Positions 47,936 to 59,020 of a DNA stretch of 64,000 nucleotides are shown in pieces. The notes below the pieces were generated by a model. That model was not told the origin of the DNA and ran no database searches. It saw only the letters and a list, made by a program, of their open reading frames with translations. Positions within the stretch are counted from its first letter, which is position 1; each line of letters opens with the position of its first letter. The stretch is from Eukaryota sp. TZLM1-RC. Lineage: Eukaryota; Protista; Metamonada: BaSk clade. The position numbers and the translations under genes were made by a program. The stretch lies in assembly GCA_040285825.1 (NCBI GenBank), contig JAUPSS010000001.1, positions 1,922,001 through 1,986,000 of the forward strand, given 5' to 3'.

Positions 47936-49108
47936 TTATTTCATATTGGCTTCTGAATAATCACCGTATTTTCTATTCACTACTTCTAAAAATTCCAGAA
48001 CACTCTTATTGTGTTTTTCCAACAATTTGAAGATTGGTCTAAGATATTTTTCCATTTCTTCTTCAAATATTGGTTTAACTGGTGGTCTATTATTTTCTTT
48101 GAGTGAATATATGGCCTTCTCGAGCGCATCAAACCTTTGGTCCATTCTTTTCTCTAAAACTTCAATCTTCTCATCCATTCTTTTCTCTAAAACTTCAATC
48201 TTCTCATCCATTCTTTTCTCTAAAACTTCAATCTTCTCATCCATCCTTTTTTCCAAAACTTCAATCTTCTCATCCATCCTTTTCTCTAAAACTTCAATCT
48301 TCTCATCCATTCTTTTCTCCAAAACTTCAATCTTCTCATCCATATTTTTCTCTAAAACTTCAATCTTCTCATCCATATTTTTCTCTAAAACTTCAATCTT
48401 CTCATCCATATTTTTCTCTAAAACTTCAATCTTCTCATCCATATTTTTCTCTAAAACTTCAATCTTTTCTAGAGAATCGAACTTCTCGTCCACCTTTTTT
48501 TCTAAAACATCAATCTTCGTGTCCATCCTTCTTTCAGCAACATCAATTCTTAAATGGTATGACTGGGTAACATTGTTAAACCCTTCTACCGTCAGTGATA
48601 CAAGAAGTAGACCAACAACTGGGAGCACCAGTGTCCTATCTGTTGCAGGTAGTCCTAGATAAATCAATAGTGAAAGAGAAAACATAATCACTATCTGAAT
48701 TGTATAAATTATGAAACTGTTTCTTGGACTGCTTTGGCTGTTGGAATTAATTTTCAAGGAACAGTAGCCCAGTTCGAAGAAGAGTCCAACCATTGTTACA
48801 GATGCAATCACGATTGTCTTGGTGGGCACCGGAATACGGTGTTCAACACGGTGTTCACTATGGTCTTTAATTCTTGCTTTCCACATGCGTACAATCAAGA
48901 CAAATACAAAAACAACAGGTATTAAAGGAAGCGTCAAACCTAATGATTCTACAACAGAATCTGATGACTTAAGGTCAATGATGGGAAATGCTATGAATGC
49001 TAAAGATGAGAGAAGTACCACTTCTACAACTGTAATGATCATTATGTGTGTATTTAAATTGTGGCGTATGAAGAGTGAAGCAACAAGTGAATGGTCTAGC
49101 CAAATCAC
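47936..49108 (-). CDS. Multi-TM protein with an 11-aa (hendecad) repeat coiled coil
   Basis: About five hydrophobic segments followed by ~12 MDEKIEVLEK(N/R) repeats (33-bp units, ~48120-48540). Start codon uncertain. Confidence 0.7.
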   Translation of the reverse strand: MIWLDHSLVASLFIRHNLNTHIMIITVVEVVLLSSLAFIAFPIIDLKSSDSVVESLGLTLPLIPVVFVFVLIVRMWKARIKDHSEHRVEHRIPVPTKTIVIASVTMVGLFFELGYCSLKINSNSQSSPRNSFIIYTIQIVIMFSLSLLIYLGLPATDRTLVLPVVGLLLVSLTVEGFNNVTQSYHLRIDVAERRMDTKIDVLEKKVDEKFDSLEKIEVLEKNMDEKIEVLEKNMDEKIEVLEKNMDEKIEVLEKNMDEKIEVLEKRMDEKIEVLEKRMDEKIEVLEKRMDEKIEVLEKRMDEKIEVLEKRMDEKIEVLEKRMDQRFDALEKAIYSLKENNRPPVKPIFEEEMEKYLRPIFKLLEKHNKSVLEFLEVVNRKYGDYSEANMK

Positions 49109-50609
49109 TACTGATGTACCCTAGTATCATTTGTTCAGATATCCTCATTGGTTATGTTATTATGTCCAAGTACTATTATTGTGCCAACTCACTGCGTCGT
49201 GGGTTTTGTTGTTTTGTTCAAGTTTTCAAGTAGTTTTGGTATAATTATAGTTCTTTCTATACAGTATGTCGTTTCCAACTAATCAAATACTAATCATTCT
49301 TAGGATTAATAGAAACGTGAATATGAGCTTGTTGTGCTCGATTCCCTTTTTCTACAGCTGAAATCAGAACAATATTATAATTTGGAGCAATTACTATCTG
49401 AAATACAAAATTTAGTCTCTGGAGAATATAGAGTTGGATCTGTTGTACCTGACCTTGGCTGTTTTGAATAAATCATAATGAATCAATGTGAGATATTGAT
49501 TGATTATATCATTCCATTTTAACTTAATACAAGATTCTTTAACAGAAAACTTGCAGTTTGCTCATCTAGGTTGATATGTCAATATCTCACAAACGGAGTT
49601 AGATACACACAAAACCAAATAAAAAATAAATAAACGATTACCTCGTCATCAGTAACAATAATCTAACAACCAATCAAGGCTATGGACAACGTGCGCAACA
49701 GAGACAATGAACACGAAAGTTATCAATTGTTTGTGAGATTTTTCTGCCATGGAAATTACAATTTCCACCAAATTAAAAACAGAGTTGGCCAGCAATTGTA
49801 CCAAGACAAAATTCAAAACATCGAAAAATGTGCGCTACTACAAGTTTTCTTTTTGGTTTTGCTTTGTTATTAATTTACTTCCCCACGTTCTTCATTGTTG
49901 TGTCCTTTTGCAAGCACTGTAACTTCTTTATTTCAGTTATCGAATTCAGTAACTAGGGTAATGGAATAGGACCAAATCCAACAACTACAAAGTTGATGAC
50001 ATCGAGAATCACTTGCTAATGCTACCAAGGTAACCAAAACCATTGACAATGTGAACAACTCTGAGGTTTAATTTGTCAACAGGTGCTTAACCTTTGGGAA
50101 AATCTGTTTCTTCACATGATTTTGTATTCAAAATTGAAATTTTTTTTTGTTAGCGTAGAAAATAAGGAAATTTATTATAGAAAAAATCAGAATTGACATC
50201 AATCAAAGATGCCAAAATTTTGTTCTTGAGTGGTTAAACGAGCGACAAGATTAATTGAATGGGATGTGAAAATACGGCACTACTATTTTGTTGCTTCTGC
50301 TCAACACGTGCAAAATCTCGCATTAGAGGTGAACCTCAACAGATGTCGTTTAATTGATGATCAATACAAGTTGAATGAAGAAATGTAGATAAGAGAAAAG
50401 TTTAGTTATTCGTACTTAATTTCATTCACAAAACTGTGTCAAAATTGTGATTACAAATCGTATTTTTAATATTAATAAATAAATTATTTTTCTATCGGAC
50501 TTAATCAAATGAAATTCTAAAAATAATGAAAACCAGATTTTGTCTCAGAAACAAATTTTGAAAAGAGGCCATTTTTAAATTAGTCTTTTTTTGTTTTTTT
50601 AAATTGGAA

Positions 50610-53600
50610 TATTTATTGAGATAAAAAAACCCATCTAGAATTCAATATCCTCCAAACAAGCGTCACTATTACTGAACCTACTCACAGCATAACGTTCATA
50701 TTCTACACCAATAGCTAAAAGTGCCTTTGAAATCATTGTTGGAATAGACTTGAAAATGCAAAAAAACAATTCTATTTTACCAGAAAGTGGAATTTATTGT
50801 TTTACCAGACCTATTCAGTAACACTTTTTTAAAATTTTCAAAAAAGTGCAACCCTGAAGGTCCAATATTGCCAAAAAGAGAAATTGCAAACGGCACAAAC
50901 TGATATTTCACATGTTTCACTCTACCTAACTGTGCCAAAGGTTCTTCATATTTTTTATCTTCTTTTTTTCGGCGTTAGTTAACGGCGAATCAGCGGAATA
51001 CACTAAACGAGCAGCAGAATTTTTGCAAACATCAACTGAGACAACATCTACAACATTGAGAACACCATCGATCCCTGGAGCCACTACATCTGCTCTTCTT
51101 TTATCAAAGGAATCATCAGTTTGAGCTGAAGACAGCTTACGTACTAATGGCCCAAAAAATGCCTCTATATTGAAACTTTTGCACATGGCATATAATTGAT
51201 CACGAACTAAGTCATGAACAATTGAGCGAAAAGTCATAAAATACTTACAGTTTAAAACATGGGAAAGCGTAACAACACTCTTGCAGCGACAAATTGAATC
51301 ATTTGGTAAAGAACAAGGCCATAGAAAACATCTCATTCTCATTGCAGTGGTCCATTGGTGATTATCAAGTAGAAGGCCATAAATGTTGGAAATTTAGGAG
51401 ATTAGGCAACTTGAGCAACTGTCTTCAAGATCAATCAAAAAGTTTGCAAAAACGGGTTTTTTTTCTTTGACCAACCCAAGACGTACAATATAATCCAAGT
51501 TTTCTAAAACTTTCAAGATTTTTTTCTGCAATTTTGCAAAAGTCAGTGGTAAGGAGAGCAAGCTTCTTGAAGGAAGTTCCACAATATCAGAGGGGAAACA
51601 TTTGGCCCAAATATTGGGTGAAAGAGTTTCAATTTCCTGTTGCAAAGAAATAAGATAAGAGCTGCCACAATTTTCAATGAGATGCATTTTTTCAGGAAAA
51701 CGATACACAAATTCACAAATAAAATTCTTTCCACCTCCAATAAGGGCAGCTTTACAAAGGTGGCTTGATTTATGAAAATCAACACCTCCAGAATTTGTAC
51801 CACAAAAAATGCGACTTCGTAAAAATATTGAAGATATTGAGTTCTTTTTTAATGTTTTGTTAGCGTTGAAAAGTGGCTTCGTAACTGAGATGCATCAATT
51901 TCCAATAATTTTGCTAAAAAATTGGTTCTTTGTTCATTAAAAATGCGACAAAACTCCAAAGACATTGATGGTGATGTATACTAATTTTTATTCAACAAAC
52001 AAATATGAAATTCACAATTAAAACTCCACATCCTCGAAACCTGCCTCCCCTACATCAAAACAATTAATTGCTAAAGATTCAGAAAATTTCCCAAAAGAAG
52101 ATAGTGAATCAGAAATTAGTTTTACCATTCCCTTAAAAATAGAAAATACAATCCTGTTTTGCCAGTAAACACGATTGAAAATTCTTCCAGTTCTTTCCTT
52201 TACAACTACAACAAAATCCTCGAGGAAAGCCATAGCAGCCTTACCTAGAGATCCAAGCAAAAAAAAAACAAATGGACATAATTGATGGTGATGTTGATCT
52301 CAAAATATGAGTAAATTTTCCAGAATAACAGATTTTTAGGAAAAAGAATTTCAAATGTTTCTCAATATTTAAATTTTCTATCGATTCTTATTCATTTCTA
52401 AATTGAGTCAACAGAGTCGAAAGTTGGCCTTTGACTTTTTCAATATTTCCGAGATAACAACCCAAAAAACGAAAACCAGACTGATCCTAATTGATAAAGG
52501 GGACATTGACATCATTAATGAAAAAATCAATTGGTTCATGGCCAAATATCAAACATTTGGAGATATTCAATGAGAGACCAATATCTTCATAACGCTGTTG
52601 AATAAAAGTTGCTTTTTATTTCAGAATTGTAATAGGGGCAATTACAGAAATGTCATCCATATATGCTACAATATCAATTTCTGGGAATTTTTCTTTCAAT
52701 TCGCACATTAATTGATGAATTGCCAGACAAAAGAAACAAGGACCAAGTGGATCACCTTGTTTAACACCTGAAGACGAAAGCAGGTCAAAGTTTTCACAGA
52801 CCAATGTGGATGATTTTCCATAAAATGAATAGAAAAAAGGCTCAACTTCAGGAAAATGCTTTTGCAGCAAAGGTAAAATGGAAGAACGAGATACAGAATT
52901 GAAAGCATTCTTAAAATCTAAATTGAAGATGTCATTAGAATCACTAGAATTAAAAAACACTTCCGACGAAAGAGCAGCAGAAGAAGCACCATCAATTGTC
53001 TTGATTCCAAATTGAAATGGACTGAAAAATTCCTTGGCTTTTTTCCCAATTCTATTGAAAACAAGAGACGCAAGAATTCTTGAAAACGATTCTCCAATTG
53101 CACTTGGGCGGATTTTGGATTGACTTTTTTGAGGGCAATTAAGGGAGCACTGGTCATCTGAAAAGGGACTTTAATTTTTAACGTAAGAACAAGATCATCA
53201 GCTATTTCAGGACACTGTCCAACAGCTGATTTGATCATGTCAAAATTCAACAAAGATGGCCCAGGAGCTTTTCCAGTAGGCATTTGCTGAATCAATTTCA
53301 ATACCTTTGAAGCATTGACAGGATTTTGCAGCCAATAATCAACTGAATCTGGTTTAGGACAATGAAAATTTTCTTCTGGATGAAGATGATTCAATTGGAA
53401 CAATGTGCTCTCATTACATTCAGCTAAATCAGAAGAGAATAGACATTGTTTTGCAGATCCAAAACGTCCTTTTAAAGCTAATTTTCGTACTGATTTTTCT
53501 TTTGAAAAAACATTTATTTAAAATTGAATTTTTCGATAAAAGTTTTTTTTACCTTTTTTCAGAAAAAATTTCCAAATCGGTGTGACATCCCATAATCCTT

Positions 53601-54210
53601 TACGGAGATTTTCAGTGAAAGCACGAAGAACAACAGCAAAAGGTATCGAAGCCAACGGACTAAGCTGGGCAGGAACACGAATGGGACAACGTTGCTGATC
53701 CGCAGCAACACAAGAATCACAAAAAAGTAAAGGTCGACCAGAATCATTGACAGCAACAAGCTTTTGACAAAAACACATTGTTGTCACCTTTTTGATCTTC
53801 TTTGTCAGAAATGTTATCGGGAATCTCAATTCAAAATTCATTTTCAGGATTGTGTGATAACGAAAAATTTAAAACAGCAGTAGCAGCACGAGCATTAAGT
53901 TTTTCCTTTTGAATAAGCGGACAAGTTGAAATGTTATGACCGGATTTTCGACATTTACTACATTTGCGGCGTGGTTTAGAAAAATTTTCATTTAAATTTT
54001 TTTTCCAATGATTTTCCAGCATGGAGTGACAGGGGGAGAATGAGAACGATTGGTGGTTGAGGAGGTTGATTTGTCAACATCACGTTCGGTACTTTTTGCA
54101 GTCCAGTCAGTATCACTGAGAGTGTCTGACATGGAAAATGGAGGAATCGAACCGAGAATGGGACGTCAAGTTGAGAAAAAGAAGGACGTTGAAAGTGTGT
54201 GAGAAAAAAA
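50610..54210 (-). mobile_element. Near-full-length but frameshifted CRE-like non-LTR retrotransposon (family C)
   Basis: ATG at 54132, CCHC knuckle CSKCRKSGHNISTC, a second zinc finger, GKAPGPS, LDFKNAFNSV, GVKQGDPLGP, AYMDDI, CRC..HVLNC..HDLVRD, RRAD..VVDVVSVD; stop at 50635-50637. Confidence 0.9.
51978..52280 (-). mobile_element. Nested 5'-truncated family A insertion with a 14-bp TSD
   Basis: ATTGATGGTGATGT at 51964-51977 and 52281-52294. Removal restores ILRSTSPSMSLEFC in the host element. Confidence 0.9.
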
Positions 54211-56626
54211 CTTTTTTTTTTATTTTAAACATATTTGACAACTAAATTTAGCCCAAAAACTTTCATATTAAAAAGTTGAATTGGGCAACTGTAAGATTTA
54301 ATATTAAACACATTGAATATCTTCAAGTTACACAATTAATTCTTTCATTATAATGACAGTTCAGTTGTGGCTAATAAAATTTGAAAATAAAAGCAATTTT
54401 GTTCTTTTTTTCCTCGGCAATAAATTCCACTGTTTCTGGATAGTATTTGCCCCGGAACTCTGGATTCAATGTCAGAAAGTATGTTTTTAATTTCAGATAA
54501 TCTTGATTGTCCAGTCCAATTGAGGCTATGATATTTGAAGAGAAGAGGTAAAGTTAGTGGCCTTTACCACATTTACTATACTATTTGAAAACTTTACTGG
54601 AAAATTCAAGAGACCAAGAATAAGTTTATGCAAAGATACCAAAAATAAGATGCTATGACACGTCATCCTGACTGGACGACAGTGCTTGCACTAACACTAC
54701 AATGATGAATAAAATACTAGAAAATAGATCAACATTTGAAGTCCACTATCCAAGCTCGATCAGAGACTACCTGGACAGTACAATCACATCCAGAGCACTC
54801 ACAGCCGTCAACACCCCATTGAACAACAGCACCTTGTTGATAGTGCGCTCTGCTGGAGGAACCAGATGAGATAGCATTGGAGAAGGTTAATGGCAGTATA
54901 CGTTCAGCTGGCTTGCTTTCCCAGCGACCTGTAGTACCAAATGATTTGTACGTCAGAGAGTAGTCAAACTTCGGTTACGTATCTGAACTTGATACAACGT
55001 ACTGGCCGAGACCGTATGTGCTATCAAGAGCAACAGCAACAACAGACCGCTTCGCATAAGTACTATTATAATTTATAAACCAATCAAAATTGATTATATG
55101 AATTTGATTCTCTCCAATTCTGGTCATTCCTTGGGATTACTCACAAGTGGGATACTAGGTTATCAAAATCAGTGATTATGTTTGGATTACTGTTTGGACT
55201 TGATTACTGTTTCATAGCATTGTAAACTTAATTTAGCCAAATTTCCATAGAGTTCAATTGATACTTCCAATGGCAACAGGTCAAAAAGGAGCAGGGAATT
55301 TACCCAAATATATAACTAAATTTACTTAAATATGCCGAAATAGTGAGTCATTAACTGTTTGAAATATTTAATCAGAAGCTTGCCATTTTGGCTCTTCGTG
55401 GTTCCCCCATGTTTTGAAAAGCAATGTACCAAAATGTGTACTAAATGCAAACTGTAACTTAACCATCAGGCTATTGGCCAGTTAGTTTGAATTATGGTGT
55501 GGTCATGACATCTGTAACGGTGAAAAATCTTGAAAAATACTATTTATGAATATAGATGATGTACCAATTGCGGTAAGATCAATCATTGACACTGAAATAA
55601 CCAAAAAAAAAGACACACATGATGATATCTTATGGACTAAAACCAGTGTCACTGTAAAAAGTACTCAACTCCCACCCAATGGACCTATCAAACACAAAAA
55701 ACATAACTATACACAAATGTTGATGTAGGGCATCAACAGGGAGGAGGAGTCATCTTGGGTAAAGATTCCACAAAACCTGCCTGTTGTGTTTTGGGGGGGG
55801 GGGAAGGTACTACTCGTTTGAACACCAACTTCTTGGTCACAACAGTTTTGATATCACTAGCAGATTCATTCGAGACAATCATACCTAGTTAAGTACCTAT
55901 TCAACATATGATGACATAACGTTGTTTAATGGCCCTAAGATGAAGTAGACCCTTCTAATGGTGAACCAAATGAAGATGGTGCTCTTTTCTTGCGAGGAGG
56001 AGAACATCAGGCGATATGCAAGAAATACTCCAAGGACTGCAGTGATTCACTATTCAACAGAATGGTATTTAGAATGTTAATCAATCCGAAAAAGAGAGCA
56101 TCTACAGTAACTAGTAGTCTTATTGTCAAATCAGCTCTTTTAAACAGTTCCCCGAGACTGAAAAATTGATGTGTGAATAGATAAAGTCCACCAAATTTGT
56201 GAAAAAAAGCTGTTTGCAACTGTAATCAATAATGTAAAACGACTTTTGCTGTGATCTTGACAACCACAGCAAGCTGTGGAATGTACTGTATAGTAGAGAA
56301 ATGTCATTTTCTTATCAAAGTGTAATATAAAAAGTTTTGTACAAGTAGAAGGTGTGGAATTAATCAGTACACTATTAGTAAACCATAGTTATCAAAGATA
56401 AGTAGAAAAACCGGTAGGAAGAGTACACGGGAAGTCCTAAAGCTCAAAAAAGAAGGTAAGTGAGGGAAATAAGAACCTAGTTTATTACGTGAGGGAAAAG
56501 TGTGAGAATAGTGAAAACCTCCCAAAACCAAGTTTAGAGTTAAAAACCTCCCAGAACAGGCAACCAGAAGTCGACAATGGGGTGACAAGTGTAAAAGTTG
56601 ATAGATGAGCTGTTTATTCTCATTAC

Positions 56627-58562
56627 ATGTCAGACATCCACTCTGTGTCACGTGTATTCTCTTGTGCACTTAACTCGCTGCTGACCCCTGCAGCGGTGCA
56701 ACAAATTCGATGTGACATTCCTTTGGTCACCGAGATTTGTCATGAAGCTTCTTTATTGCTTCAATCTTTTCTTCTAAATTTTGCGTTGGCATCTAGAGTC
56801 CTAGTGGAACAGGATGTATGGTATCTGTTTATGACCGTCATCACCACTGGTTCTTTTCCAAAGCCATCCACCTCTAAAGGCCAACGCCAATTAGTCCATA
56901 TCTTTTACAATGGATCTCTTCCTGAATGCCCACAAGACAGGTCTCTTGTTTCTCCATGGGAAAATTCTTAAATGCTTTATAGAAATTCATTCAATCTTTT
57001 TCTCAATGCTTGGCTGCAGTCTCAGAAATGTAATTTTGTCAATGGACAAGGGCTTTCTCTCTACCTTGCTTGTCGGGCACGTCAATTGGCGTTTAACGCG
57101 AAGACAAGTTTACCTTAAATTTGCCAATCCTGGACAAAGAACTTTATTCGTGCTCATTGTAGAGCTCTAGATAAAACGAATGTTTGTGCCAAAGATCTTT
57201 TCTCTCTTTTGCCAGAGGAACCCTTATCCCAACCCGAAGAAGTAGTTATTGATGCTGTTCTCGAACACTACATCAATTTCAATCTGAATAATTCAAGCGA
57301 AAGATTCTTTTTATTAAATGATTGTAAGTTCATCTTGAATCTCCTTCAAAAAATTTCTGCCACTGCTTCACTACTGTCTTCACGTGATAAAATGACCTTT
57401 TCATCAAAGAAAATTGGTGAGCTTTTTCTCTTTAATCTTAAAATTTCACAATACTTGCTCACTTTTTTTCTCATATGCATTGCTGGAAAAAATTTAGAAT
57501 AATACCTTTAGCTTCTCATAAAGGTTCTAAATTTCATGAGGTTCCTTCACTTGTTTTCCAATCTGTGAAAAAATTTCCAATTATTGAAGGATCTTCTTCC
57601 AAAACAAAGTTGATCAAAAATACAAGTTTGAAACGATTATTCTAACAATGTCCTTACCAAAAATTTAATATCAACAGAAAAAGTTTGAAAAATAGATTTA
57701 AAAATTTTTTATTGAAAACTAATGGTGATGAACTGCTTTTGACCTTTGACAATAAAAATAATGACTCAGAAAACACAAATGAGCTGAAAGAACCACCAAA
57801 AAGAAGCGAAGATCGAAAAAAGAAATGAAAAGTGACCCTGATGCCAACAAAACCAGTAAAACACAGTTGAAAGGCACTAAAAAATGCCCCGTCGAAGACG
57901 CAGACAACCAGTCGAAATTTCCCCCTTATTGCCGTTGATCTGGGCCAATCCAGATTATGTGGTTACTTCTTAAATAATTATCAATGTGGAGTTACCCCTT
58001 GTCCTACTGGCAGAAGATACATGACAAAACCTTCACCTAGTAAACACTCTCAAAACCAAAATTCCGTTCAAAATTTCAACCAATATTTGAACCATTGGAA
58101 TTTGGCCAGGAGGAAAGTGCATTTGGAAAGTAATTGTCAGAAATGGAAGATAATTAAATTTGATAGCAGAAGACGAAAAGAGAGACGGTTCAGTGAGAGT
58201 CTCAACAAATTTCAAAGGCTGGTTGGGCATCCTGAAAACTCTATCTTGCTGTGGGTTCTGCTGATTTTCCTTCTCATTGCCGAAAACTCAAGCGATATGG
58301 ATCAGTAAGGGCTTTTGGAAAATGGTTGTGTTATCAAAAGGACATAAAGCACTCGTCAATCAGTGAATTTAATACAAGCAAACTGTCAAGTTGTTGCATG
58401 GCCGAGAATATTCAAGCAGGCTCATGGCAGATGCGTTTCTGTACTGAGTGTCAAATAGAATATGACAGAGATATTTCCTCTGCAATAAATATTCAAATTA
58501 AGAAGAAAGCGGAATTGTGGCCGGAGAGATACATTTGCCCAGCAGCTCTGTTGAGGAGATGA
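56627..58562 (+). pseudogene. Second Fanzor1 gene, multiply frameshifted
   Basis: Fanzor1-like N-terminus (VFSCALNSLL..TEICHEASLLL), RuvC-I IAVDLG (Asp codon 57937-57939), GSADF, ISEFNTSKLSSCC and CTEC..YDRDISSAINI. Confidence 0.85.
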
Positions 58563-58650
58563 ATAGGGAACCTGAGATACAGAAACAAAAACTTTAAAAA
58601 AACTGATATTTTATTTTGAGTTTTTTATTGTATTTTTGATTTTTTTTAAA

Positions 58651-58873
58651 AACTTTTGAGACCGATCTACAAATTCCTTAGTAGCACTTGTTAGATCCAC
58701 TTAGATACATCAAGTCGCGAGACTTTGTTCTGTGAAAGCAGTAGCCCATTGATGAAGATCATGATTGTCTTTGTCAAATGATGCTACGTGTGTCTTACAG
58801 CCTGTGAGTAGACATTGAGAAAGTTGAAAACAAGAGTGAATTTCACAGGGGAATGCATGATAAGTGAAATTCA
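58651..58873 (+). ncRNA. Putative Fanzor omegaRNA scaffold / element right end
   Basis: Starts 88 nt after the Fanzor stop, is homologous to 44149-44390, and homology ends sharply at ..GTGAAATTCA. Confidence 0.7.
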
Positions 58874-58935
58874 TAATAATAATAACGAATAATAATAATA
58901 ATAATAACAAATAATAATAATAATAGAATAATAAT
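58874..58935 (+). repeat. (TAA)n microsatellite
   Basis: Directly visible. Confidence 0.9.
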
Positions 58936-59020
58936 CACGTGATGTTACGTGAGTTTCTTTTGTATCAACAATTGATTACCCTTTCCTCATGATTCTTTTA
59001 TCAAGTCCATCAGCCATTCT

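Noticed and set aside
48009-48662. Antisense repeat ORFs (217 aa and 155 aa)
   Set aside because: Shadow frames of the 33-bp coding repeat.
54640-55056. Signal-peptide-like start MRSGLLLLLLLI on the minus strand
   Set aside because: Immediate frameshift and stops; no family recognised.
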